NCBI RefSeq assembly: GCF_006345805.1
Contig: NC_043011.1
Span: forward strand, 8,618,001 to 8,682,000
DNA length: 64,000 bases
Reading direction: 5' to 3'
From: Octopus sinensis
Taxonomy: Eukaryota
Below the pieces are notes generated by a model, which did not search any database, was not told where the DNA came from, and saw only the letters and a program-made list of their open reading frames with translations. This document shows positions 12,776 to 24,576 of this stretch, in pieces. The translations under genes were made by a program, and so were the position numbers. Positions within the stretch are counted from its first letter, which is position 1, and the number at the start of each line of letters is the position of its first letter.

Positions 12776-12881
12776 GGTCCCGATGCATCTACGTAACGAC
12801 ATGTTTTGACAGTGCCCACTGGTTAGGGGGTTAGGGCTTGGGTTAGTTTTAAGGTTAGTGTTACGTAGATACGTCGGGACC
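12776..12881. repeat. 22-bp inverted repeat enclosing degenerate TTAGGG repeats
   Basis: ggtcccgatgcatctacgtaac / gttacgtagatacgtcgggacc around ggttagggggttagggcttgggttag. Confidence 0.8.
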
Positions 12882-13655
12882 CAGACCAATAGAATAAGTA
12901 CCGAGTGTAAAAAAAAAAAATTGTGGGATCGATTCGCTCGGCTAAAATTTCTTCAATGCAGTGCTCCAGTATGGCCGCAGACTGATGACTGAAACAAGCA
13001 AATGACTAAAGAAGAAAAAAAAAGGATACCATCGAAGAAAAACGATCCTTTCGCAAAGATAATGCCAGGTTTCTTTATACATTGGCAGAACTTTCGGGTG
13101 ATCACAGCTGGGCTGGAATGCCTCTGATTATAGGGTTACTCGATCAGTTCTGACCGAGGGTTAAACAACAGCAACAACAACAGCATCAACAACGTACCTA
13201 CACGTATGCCATTTATTATCTATTATTATCTTCTTTCTCTCACCTGTTTTGTCTATCTACCTGTCCTTTCTGCCTACTTGGCTGTATACCTGCTCCATGT
13301 AAAAATATAATATGTATCACATATTTATACAGACACACATATATATATATGTATATATATATATATGAGTATATATATGTATGAGTATATATACATATAT
13401 ATGTGTGTGTGTGTGTATACATATATATATATATGTATGAGTATATATATATATATATATAATTAATTAATAAGGGTGAGAGAATTAGATACTAATTTAA
13501 TAGTATATCTATTCAACATCAAGTGGCCTAGTGCTCCGAGAAACCTGGATTATTATAATATTTTATAATATATTATAATATATTATAAAATATATTATAA
13601 TATATAAGATTAACTGGTGCTAGAGTGAGCCATATAGTGACCACTCTCTTATATT

Positions 13656-13724
<69 letters not shown>

Positions 13725-14199
13725 CATATATATATATGTGTGAGTATATATATATGTATGAGTGTGTGCATATATGTATGAGTATATATATATGTATGAG
13801 TATATGTATATATGTATGAGTATATATATGTATATATGTATGTATATATATATAAAATAAAACTAAAAACAACAGAAATAAAACTGGAGAACCTTTTTCA
13901 CACACTTTACTAACATTCCTTAGGTTTGATCCTTGGTCATTCCTTCTCCCTCCCTCTCTCTCTCTTTCTCACCTGAAAGTGTGTATGTGTACAGATTCTG
14001 CTGCAAGGATCAAAGCAAAGTGCACCAAACATGGTCCCGACTTGAGCCCAGATGCAGGTTCGGACACAAATACAATCTGGGCGCGAACACACGCGCACAT
14101 AAGCCTGGGCACAACTTAGTGCACTTGTACCTACACAGACAACAGCTCAGACCCCCCCCCCCCCAGCATACGTTACTAACTGATCTCACGTTTATTTAT

Positions 14200-14755
14200 T
14201 TAGCCTCTCTCTCTCTCTCTTTCCCCTCCATCTCTCATTCTCTCTTACTCTTTGCATATCGGTCTGTCTTTCTGTCTGTCTGTCTCCCCCACCCCTTTCT
14301 CAGCCCCTCGCTCTCTTGCTCAACCTCCACCACCACCACCACCGCCCTTGCCGCCATCACAGTAGGCGATCATCTGCTTTCTACTTCTTCATTCTCTCTC
14401 ATTCATTCATTCATTCTTCGCCTTTCTTACCCTCTTTCCCCTGTTCATTTCTTTTTGTCTTTCTTCCTCTGTTTTCTTGCCTTATTTTCTTCCTTCCCTC
14501 CTTTTTCGTTCTTCCTTCCTTCCTTCCTTTAATTTCTTTCTCTTCTTCCATTCTCTTTTCTCACATTGTCCTTCTTCCTCTTTCTTTCATTCTTCCTTCA
14601 TTCCTTTCCTTATTTCCTCCTTTCCCTCGCCCTTCCTTTCTTTCTTCCTTCCTTCTTCCTTGCTTTCTCTGACTTCCTCACCTTTTCCACCTCTTTATCT
14701 CTCTCTCTCTTTCTCTGCCTGTCTCTCTCTCTCCCCTCCCTCCCTCCCTCCCTCC
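14200..14755. repeat. Polypyrimidine (CT/CTTC)n low-complexity tract; similar tracts at 54480-55000 and 61040-61310
   Basis: Direct observation. Confidence 0.9.
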
Positions 14756-15068
14756 CAATATACAAGGAGGACGTTACTCAAATGGCGAACAGGAAACCGG
14801 TTGAACGAAGTTCTCTTTCATGTTTACCGTTTTATGCTGACTTCGTTCCTCGTCTAGAAGTGCGACTGCTGCATCCATCGCTTCTTGTATTCTGTGTTCA
14901 CATTCAATGCAATCTTCCAATTTATTGTCGTTGGTACTTAGCTCCGTATAAACACTGGTTAAACAGATCTATGATCAAAGTTGTCCCAAATGTGACCATC
15001 CTGCCTTTAATTTTTTTTTTATCTGACAATGCATTTCTGCATTTCAAAATGCTGTTTATGTTATAACA

Positions 15069-15119
<51 letters not shown>

Positions 15120-15281
15120 TGTCCTAAGTGTGGCTGTGTGGTAAGAAGCTTGCTTCCCAACCACATGATTCCAGGTTCAGTCTTAATGTATGGCATCTTG
15201 CCTAAGTGTCTACTGCTATAGATTCAGGCTAACCCAAGCCTAACCCAAGTGGATTCGGTAGACAGAAACTGAAAGAAGCCC

Positions 15282-15314
<33 letters not shown>

Positions 15315-16277
15315 ACGCGCTTTTAGCTATATTTTTAGGCCGGGTGTGCCACCGAATTTTGAAAAGAATATAAGTGTACCAGAAGTGAAATAAAAAGCTT
15401 GTGGAGCACTGCTCCAAGCCAATCAGTTGACGGTGTGTGTGTGTGTATGTGGTAAAGAGGAGAGGCTCTTCTTTGTCTTGCTGGTTGCTTAGCAACCTCA
15501 CTAGTACCAGTGTCATAAGAAGAAGAAGAAGAAGAAAAAAGCACCCAGTACACTCTGTAGAGTGGTTGACATTCAGCCATAGAAACCATGCCAAGACCAA
15601 CATTGGTGCTCAGTTCAGTCCTTAGGCTTATCTCAGCCTCTTCAACTGTTCAACCCATGCCAGCATGGAAGACGGATGTTAAATAATAATTGTCTTCCCT
15701 TCCCTGGATCTTTCCTTTTCCTACGTTTCTGACTAAGAGCTCCGCTCGAAACGTTAAATCCTCCTTCGTTCTTTCCTTTCCTGTGCGTCCAATAATACTA
15801 TACTTGTTCCACGTCCTCGCGTTGTTGTGTTTTCTCTTTGTGTTTTCATGTTTGGATTAACTACATTCTATCCGAGTCAGACGCCATGATAGATCATTAG
15901 CCACTACACACATTTTTATCTCTCCTTGTTTTTTCTGTGTACCTTTCTGTAGAAGAGCGTAGGCTCGAAACGTAAAATACTTTTTCTATTCCTGAGCGTT
16001 ATACTAATACATCTGTTTGTTTTGTACACCACCTGCCTTCGTCTTTGTTTATTTTCATAAACTTTCCCTTTATATATATATATATATATATAGGGAGAAT
16101 TCACGAAAAAAACATAAGACGAAGACAGGTGGTGTAGAAAACAAACAGATGTATTAGTATAACGCTCGGGAATTAAAAAAGTAGTTTACGTTTTGAGCCT
16201 ACGCTCTTCTACAGAAAGGTACACAGAAAAAACAAAGAGAGAAAAAAATGTGTGTAGTGGCTACCGATCTATCATAT

Positions 16278-16319
<42 letters not shown>

Positions 16320-16571
16320 AGTTTAAATAGAGATTAAAATAACATGTTAATAACCTAATGATATGCTTTTTACCTTTTTACTCCGCTGACGAGATTTTGT
16401 CGCAAAGAATGTTTTAATTACTGGAATTTAATTCGTTTGGGAAAAATTAAAACAGCTGTAAGGGAACGTGTTGAATATTTGTAGTTAATAAATTATTTGT
16501 AGTTAATAAATTATTTGTAGTTAATAAATTATATTAACGCTACTTCTCCATTTTATATATATATATATATA

Positions 16572-16952
16572 AGCGCTGGAGTGACTGTGTGGTAAGTAGC
16601 TTGCTTACCAACCATATGGTTCCGGGTTCTGTCCCACTGCGTGGCATCTTGGGCAAGTGTCTTCTACTATAGCCTCGGGCCGACTAAAGCCTTGTGAGTG
16701 GATTTGGTAGACAGAAACTGAAAGAAGCCCGTCATATATATATATATATATATGTTTGTGTGTCTTTGTCCCCCTAGCATTGCTTGACAACCGATGCTGG
16801 TATGTTTATGTCCCCATCACTTAGCGGTTCGGCAAAAAGAGACCGATAGAATAAGTACTGTGCTTACAAAGAATAAGTCCCGGGGTCGAGTTGCTCGACT
16901 AAAGTGGTGCTCTGGCATGGTCACAGTCAAATGACTGAAACAAGTAAAAGAG
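16572..16952 (+). mobile_element. SINE family A, full length, in (TA)n
   Basis: Head tggctgtgtggtaagtagc / ggttccgggttc.gtccc; tail tgactgaaacaagtaaaagag. Confidence 0.88.
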
Positions 16953-17097
16953 TATATATATATATTTGTATTTATAGAGTGTTAAACATTTTCGGTTTGC
17001 AAATTAGGGACTCCTTCATAGAGTAACTGCGGCATTTGTTGAGTATATAAACAGTTTGGCTAATTGTTTCTCTGGAGACTGACAGAATGATGTAGAC

Positions 17098-17140
17098 ACC
17101 TCTGATGAGAATACAACAATGTTCGAAAATTGATTAAGGT
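17098..17140 (+). ncRNA. Minimal type I hammerhead ribozyme-like motif
   Basis: acct-CTGATGA-gaat..tgttc-GAAA-a(ttga)t-TA-aggt: helix I acct/aggt, intact core, short helices II and III, UA cleavage site. Confidence 0.55.
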
Positions 17141-17235
17141 TGTTCATCATTTTTTTCAGTCTGTGGAGAAATGGCTAAAATGTGCCCTGTTTATAATTAT
17201 ACCATATGTTACATATATATATATATGTATATATA

Positions 17236-17950
17236 TTGGGTTGTCCGGAAAGTTTGTGCCAATTTTTAAAGGAAAGAAAAAGGTCAATAAATACTTGCCA
17301 TTACATTTTTTACCAACCATATATGAACCATTTTGTTGCACAATGCGTCTCCATCTTTCCTTTAACTTGAAAATACCCTCTTCCCAGAATTGAGGTGGTT
17401 TCATGGCAAAGAATTCATCAAGGTATCTTTTTACAATATCCAAGAAATTAAAATTTTTACCATTAAGACTGTTCTGCAGAGACCTGAATAAGCGGAAATC
17501 TGAAGGAGCAATATCTGGTGAATATGGAGGGTGAGGTAACACATCCCAGCCACACTGCAGCAATTTTTGTCTGGTTCCCAAAGCATCAAGTGCCAAAAAT
17601 GAACTTTCTTATCTTCCATTTTAAAAGGTTACAGAATTACAGTGAAGATGCCGACGACTGCTCGGTTCAAAGTCTCTCTTGACCAAAAATGGCATGAACA
17701 CAACCCTGTACATAACTCCATGTCCCCCTACATGGCCTTGCTTTTTGCTTTTTGAGCCAAAAAATTAACTTAGCTTAACTTAACTTAACACAGGTTATAG
17801 GAACATAAAACTTCTTCCACGAAAAGATAGCTTAGACTGTGCTCTAAATGGAGGTGTAGTCAAATCCTATTTTATGGACTCAAACCATGTTCTAATAGAA
17901 GTCGAAATGTAAGCTACTATAAATCGGTACAAACTTTCCGGACAACCCAA
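17236..17950 (-). mobile_element. Internally deleted mariner element with both TIRs
   Basis: 30-bp TIRs ttgggttgtccggaaagtttgt(g/a)cc(a/g)attt with TA on each side. The transposase N-terminus MEDKKVHFWHLML is joined to the C-terminus TRQKLLQCGWDVLPHPPYSPDIAPSDF..FWEEGIFKLKERW. Confidence 0.92.
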
Positions 17951-18002
17951 TATATCAGAAATTACAATAAACACAAATTCATTTTATTTGTTATATACAT
18001 AC

Positions 18003-18033
<31 letters not shown>

Positions 18034-18098
18034 GATGGATAGATAGATGAATGTATAAATGATTATGTGTGTGTGTATATATAGTCCTCTAAATTTTG

Positions 18099-18115
<17 letters not shown>

Positions 18116-18130
<15 letters not shown>

Positions 18131-18739
18131 AAATTTAGAGGACTGACCACTAAAAGTGGACAGTCAATATGCTAGATATAGACGTCAAAATCGCCATTTT
18201 CCACGAAGAATGTGTTCTCAAGAAAAAAACTCAGCAAAAAACCCAAAGTGTATAAATAAGCCAGAGTTTGTTTCTTGAGAACACATTTTTCATGGAAGAT
18301 GGTGATTTTGACGTCTATATCTAGCATAAGGCTGTCCACTTTTCGTGGTCAGTCCTCTAAATTTTATATGTATAAAGAAATTTTTCATCTTCAGATTTTT
18401 TTAAAAATATGCTAGACCACTGGTTTTAATTCATTAATATCAATTTCTACCCTTATTTAATTTTATATATATAAAAATTATTTGAATACATAAATAATTA
18501 CATTATGCACACACACACACACACACACACACTCAGACACCTGCATGCATGCAATGGATCTCTCATGATTGTCTCTCTTGATTTCCAAGCATAAAAATCT
18601 TGGATTTCATAAGATAGACAAAGAGATAATATAGACTGAAAGGTAACTATGTAACTGGCATATCTTTAGACGACACAGTTTCTTGCAGATTATTGGTGGG
18701 AAAGAATGTGTGTACATGTACGTACATATATATAAATGC

Positions 18740-18772
<33 letters not shown>

Positions 18773-19420
18773 ATATATATAATATATATATATATATTAT
18801 ATATATATATATATATACACAAAATTTAGAGGACTGACCACTAAAAGTGGACAGCCTTTATGCTAGATATAGACGTCAAAATCGCCATTTTCCACGAAGA
18901 ATGTGTTCTCAGGAAAAAAACTCAGCAAAAAACCCAAAGTGTATAAATAAGCCAGAGTTTGTTTCTTGAGAACACATTTTTCATGGAAGATGGTGATTTT
19001 GACGTCTATATCTAGCATAAAGGCTGTCCACTTTTCGTGGTCAGTCCTCTAAATTTTATATGTATAAAGAAATTTTTCATCTTCAGATTTTTTTAAAAAT
19101 ATGCTAGACCACTGGTTTTAATTCATTAATATCAATTTCTACCCTTATTTAATTTTATATATATAAAAATTATTTGAATACATAAATAATTACATTATGC
19201 ACACACACACACACACTCAGACACCTGCATGCATGCAAATGGATCTCTCATGATTGTCTCTCTTGATTTCCAAGCATAAAAATCTTGGATTTCATAAGAT
19301 AGACAAAGAGATATATAGACTGAAAGGTAACTATGTAACTGGCATATCTTTAGACGACACAGTTTCTTGCAGATTATTGGTGGGAAAGAATGTGTGTACA
19401 TGTACGTACATATATATAAA

Positions 19421-19460
<40 letters not shown>
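18116..19460. repeat. ~700-bp direct tandem duplication containing a long-TIR foldback element
   Basis: cacaaaatttagaggactgacc at ~18127 and ~18818; downstream sequence near-identical to ~18740 / ~19430. Confidence 0.9.
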
Positions 19461-19463
<3 letters not shown>

Positions 19464-20014
19464 CACAAAGTAAGTTATGGGTGTAAGCCACTAAGGGATA
19501 GTATTTATCCAATATACTGTTGGTAAAGTACCCAGATTCTTAATACATAAATGTTTTTAATTGCAATGCAATTATCTCATTTATTGTATTAAACAGGTGA
19601 AGGTAAAGAAATATTTTTACCGTTAATTTATAATACAAATAAGAAAATGGAGAAACAAATTTAGTTTGTTCATCAACTTTCAGATATTAGAATGTTGAGG
19701 TTTCGATTCCCAGACCAGGCTTTATGAGTGTTTTTTGAGCAAAAACATCTAAAGCTCCATGAGGAGGCAATGGTGAACCCTGGTGTATTCTTTCACCACA
19801 ACTTTCTCTCACTCTTTCTTCCTGTTTCTCTTGTTGTACCTGTATTTCAAAGAGTAGCAGCCTTGTCACACTGTGTCATGCTGAATCTCCCCAAGAACTA
19901 CATTAGGGGTACAAGTGTATGTGGCGTGCTCGGCCACTTGCACGTTAATTTCACAAGCTGGCTGTTCTGTTGATCAAATGGGACCCTCATCATCGTAATC
20001 TAAGGAGTACCATA

Positions 20015-20061
<47 letters not shown>

Positions 20062-20260
20062 TGCATGCGTGTGCATACACTAACACACACACACTGAGAC
20101 ATTTTAAATGCAGCCTCAAAAATAAACAAATATATTTGGTAGAATTTTGTCTCTTGTTTTCATGCCAAAAGATTGCTTTTCACTTCCATAGAGACGGACA
20201 TTAATATCCAAACAGGTTTTGCTTTAAAATTCCATTATGTTTTGCAGAGCTGTGACAGAT

Positions 20261-20306
<46 letters not shown>

Positions 20307-20309
<3 letters not shown>

Positions 20310-20480
20310 GTTCTTAATGAAGTGGTTCCATTAGAGAATGCCATTGTTTTCACATATACCAAAATTGTCGGCACTGACATGCCATACATACATACATATG
20401 CATTGCGTGTCAGTGCCGACAATTTTGGTGTATGTGAAAACAATGGCATTCTCTAATGGAACCACTTCATTAAGAACATA
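20307..20480. repeat. Near-perfect 73-bp inverted repeat with 28-nt loop
   Basis: Arms 20307-20379 and 20408-20480, one mismatch. Confidence 0.92.
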
Positions 20481-20638
20481 AGATGTCAAATAGAGAGGAA
20501 GTTGTGGTGAGTGTGGTGTGGGATTATGGGAAGAATGCATTGGAATAGAGATTATTGTTATGGGATAAAATTGGAGAGGAGTTGAAGATAAAATTTTGTA
20601 TATGTTTGTATATAAGCATGTGCGTGTGTGTATGTATA

Positions 20639-20685
<47 letters not shown>

Positions 20686-21084
20686 TAGCAAAGTGATGCT
20701 TGTTACATTCCTTAAGTTTTTAGATTTTTATTTGCATTGTTAGCTACTTCGTGGCTAAACCGTGAGTTGTATGGTGACCCTCAGCTTATCAAAATTCCTT
20801 TTAATTTTAATATGGGACGAAGTGTGTAGCTTATGTTGTTAATAAACTTGTTTTATCATATACTGTCCTCCATTTCTCCTCCGCTGTTCTTGCCGCTCAA
20901 AGCCTGCTAACTTCCCACACTTGGATCGTTGGATTGTACTTACCTAATACTCCTAGATATATGAATATAAATGTGTGTTTGTGTGAGAGTGCATTTGTAT
21001 ACATGTAGATACATACTGACAGGCAGACAAGAAAAAGTATGTGCAGTCATAGAGGTCAGTTGTCCTGCCAATGTGAATATCTCT

Positions 21085-22345
21085 TTGGAAATCTGCAGAA
21101 AACAACTTCCGTCACTTTCCGGGGGGAAAAACTAGAAGTAGTTGATAGCTTCCGCTATCTAGGTGACCAAGTCAGTAGTGGGGGCGGGTGCGCTGAAAGT
21201 GTAACTGCTAGAATAAGAATAGCCTGGGCAAAGTTTAGGGAGCTCTTACCTCTGCTGGTGACTAAAGGCCTCTCGCTCAGAGTAAAAGGCAGACTGTATG
21301 ATGCATGTGTACGAACAGCTATGCTACATGGCAGTGAAACATGGGCCGTGACTGCTGAGGACATGCGTAAGCTTGTGAGGAACGAAGCCAGTATGCTCCG
21401 ATGGATGTGTAATGTCAGTGTACTTACTCGACAGAGCGTTAGTACCTTGAGAGAAATGTTGTACCTAAGAAGCATCAGTTGTTGTGTGCAAGAGAGACGA
21501 TTGCGCTGGTATGGTCATGTGGCGAGAATGGATGAAGATAGGTGTGTGAGAAAGTGCCAATCCCTAGCAGTTGAGGGAACCCGTGGAAGAGGTAGACCCA
21601 GGAAAACCTGGGACGAAGTGGTGAAGCACGACCTTCGGACGTTAGGTCTCACCATGGAAATGACTAGAGACCAAGACCTATGGAAGTATGCTGTGCGTGA
21701 GAAGACCCGGCAAGACTAGTGAAGCCATAATCCGTGGCCCCTACCTGGGACGTAGTCAGTCCACCTGTGCATACCTTCCTTCTTGTGACACTTGTGAAGA
21801 CCTGTTGAGGCAAGTGAGAATCGAATCGAATCAAATCAAATCAAATCGAACCAAATCAAAATAGATGAACATCAATGGAATTTGTATCCTTGTGGTACCA
21901 GTGCCGGTGGCACATAAGAAAACCATCCGAACGTGATCGTAGCCAGTACCGCAACGACTGGCCTCCGTGCTGAGGGCACGTAACAAACACCATCCGAGCG
22001 TGGCCGTCCGCCAGCCCCGTCTGGCACCTGTGTCGGTGACACATAAGAAAACACCATCCGAGCGTGGCCGTCAGCCAGCCTCGTCTGGCACCTGTGTCGG
22101 TGGCACATAAAAAACACCATCCGAGCGTGGCCGTCTGCCAGCCTCGTCTGGCACCTGTGTCGGTGGCACATAAAATCACCCACTACACTCTCGGAGTGGT
22201 TGGCGTTAGGAAGGGCATCCAGCTGTAGAAACACTGCCAGATCTGACTGGCCTGGTGCAGCCTTCGGGCTTGCCAGACCCCAGTTGAACCGTCCAACCCA
22301 TGCTAGCATGGAAAGCGGACGTTAAACGATGATGATGATGATGAT
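21085..22345 (+). mobile_element. 5'-truncated RTE-clade LINE: C-terminal part of the RT ORF plus 3' UTR with a ~62-bp VNTR and (GAT)n tail
   Basis: ORF 21039-21719 has FRYLG, LYDACVRTAMLHGSETW, ERRLRWYGHVARM and GRGRPRKTW, typical of the RTE post-RT region. The 3' UTR ends in ...gttaaacgatgatgatgatg. Confidence 0.9.
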
Positions 22346-23200
22346 GAAATCAGAGATAAAGAAGATATCTATGGAACCGCCAACTTCTATATCTGGATTA
22401 CAAATTTACGTTTATACCAGTAAAAATTGGATCACTTAGTTTTATAAGTAAATACCTAACTGTCAGCCTGGATAAGGCTGGATTTTCAGAAAAGGATATC
22501 AACTGACTTGCACATTACAAATACAACCTGTAAGCGGAACAGTCAAACTATGCAAGATTTTTCTAAGGTTTAGAATATGACATTGTTTTTATCTACATTC
22601 CAGAAATGGAGCTTTTTATCTTTGTTAGAAACCAGCTCCTTGTTCAGAGGAAGAATTTAAATGATTAAATACAGAAGAGACAGACAGACAGACAGGTTAA
22701 TAAGTTCAGTCCTGCTGCTAAGCAACTGGACAGAAAGTTGTTTGTGAAGCCTCACATCGACTGACATCTTTTTGATAAAACTGGATGGATGAAAACGATA
22801 CGGACAAAGCCTGTTGTTCGGAACATTCTACCCTGAAGTCAAAAGGTACTGCTGCCTTGTCCTACTATGGTCAAACTGATTCTGTCTGAAAATCCCAGTA
22901 AGAGGACACGTGGCTGTGGAATCCCCAGGTATTTATATGTTAATTCAGGGACAGGTAACTCTGGTAATAGAACAAATGAATGCACATTGTTAAATCTGAC
23001 AAGGAACCACAGGCACACACACACACACACACACATAGATGTGTGTGTGTTGTATGTATGCATATATATATATATAAATTAAATTAGAGATATATATATA
23101 GAGTAGACTCAAAAAAAGAACAACAAACACAAAAAACAACAACGCGAGGACGTGGTACATGTAAAGTATTAGCAGAAGCTCAAGGAAGGAAAGAAATCTG

Positions 23201-23235
23201 GTTTAACGTTTCGAGCAAAGCTCTTCTTCAGAAAC
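23201..23235 (-). ncRNA. Minimal hammerhead-like motif in a (TA)n-anchored Penelope-like repeat
   Basis: Minus strand gttt-CTGAAGA-a-gagc(ttt)gctc-GAAA-cgtt-aaac. Degenerate relatives at 15725-15759, 15944-15977 and ~16186-16220. Confidence 0.55.
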
Positions 23236-23354
23236 AGAGGAAAGTCGAATAGAAAGGAAGATGGAGGAAGAAAATTGCCAACAATTCACATGTGGTTGTA
23301 CACACACATACCCACATGTGCTTGTGTGTGTGTGTATGTGAGTATATGTATAGT

Positions 23355-23733
23355 GGAGGCGCAATGGCCCAGTTGTTAGGGCAGCAGACTTGCAGTCATA
23401 GGATCGCGGTTTCGATTCCCAGACCAGGTGTTGTAAGTGTTTATTAAGTGAAAACACTTAAAGCTCCACGAGGCTCCGGCAAGGGGTGGTGGCGAACCCT
23501 ACTGTACTCTTTCACCACAACTTTCTCTCACTCTTTCTTCCTGTTTCTGTTATAACTGTATTTCAAAGGGGTCAGCCTTGTCACACTCTGTGTCACACTG
23601 AATCTCCCCGAGAACTACATTAAGTGTACACGTGTCTGTGGAGTGCTCAGCCACTTGCTCGTTAATTCCACAAGCAAGCTGTTCCGTTGATTGGATCAAC
23701 TGGAAACTTCATCATCGTAACTCATGGAGTGCC
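23355..23733 (+). mobile_element. SINE family B (tRNA-derived head ggaggcgcaatggcccagtggttagggc...gtttcgattccc)
   Basis: A box TGGCCCAGTTG/TGG and B box GTTTCGATTCC. A 5'-truncated copy lies at ~19695-20010. Confidence 0.85.
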
Positions 23734-24435
23734 GTAGTATATGTATATATGTATATGTCTCAAAAGAGAGTCATAGTACTGCAAGGGCAGTATAAGCATT
23801 ATAGATATATAAAGACAATATTTCAGTAAAATTACAATTAATAAAATAAAAATTTTTAAATATTATGTAAATACTTAAACGTTTTCACCTCCCTGTATAT
23901 ATCTGTGGTTGTTGAGAATTCGTAACATGTGAGATGAAACAGAGAATAACCAACAGAGTGTGTGTTTGTGTGTGTGTATGTGTGTTTGTCCTCCCCACCC
24001 AACATCGCTTGACTACCGATGCTGGTGTGTTTACATACCCGAAACTTAGCAGTTTGGCAAAAGCGACTGATAGAATTAGTACTAGGCTTATAAATAGTAA
24101 GTCCTGGGGTCAATTTGCTCAACTAAACGCAGTGCTCCAGCATGGCCGCAGTCAAATGACCGACTCAAGTAAAAGAATAAAAGAATATGTATATATATAT
24201 TATTTACATTTGATGGATATTTGTCCTCATCTTGTTTGTAGTTAACATGTTTCGGCTGATATATATATATATACATATATACACACACACACATATATAT
24301 ATATATATTTTTATATTTATCTATCTATCTAATATATATATGTGCATATCTATATATTTATATACATGTACGAACACACACACTTACATATATCTATTTA
24401 TCTATCTATCTAATATATATCTATATACATGTATA

Positions 24436-24525
<90 letters not shown>

Positions 24526-24533
24526 TAATATAT

Positions 24534-24576
<43 letters not shown>

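Noticed and set aside
12821-12860. Telomere or chromosome end
   Set aside because: Only a few degenerate TTAGGG units, internal and enclosed by inverted repeats.
14760-14960. Minus-strand frame ..LEDCIECEHRIQEAMDAAVALLDEERSQHKT.. with a coiled-coil look
   Set aside because: Weak acceptor context, no recognisable homology and no partner exons identified.
21890-22180. CRISPR-like regularly spaced repeats (also 47560-47830, 52460-52700)
   Set aside because: The units are contiguous tandem repeats without unique spacers, lie inside an RTE 3' UTR in a eukaryotic genome, and have no cas genes nearby.
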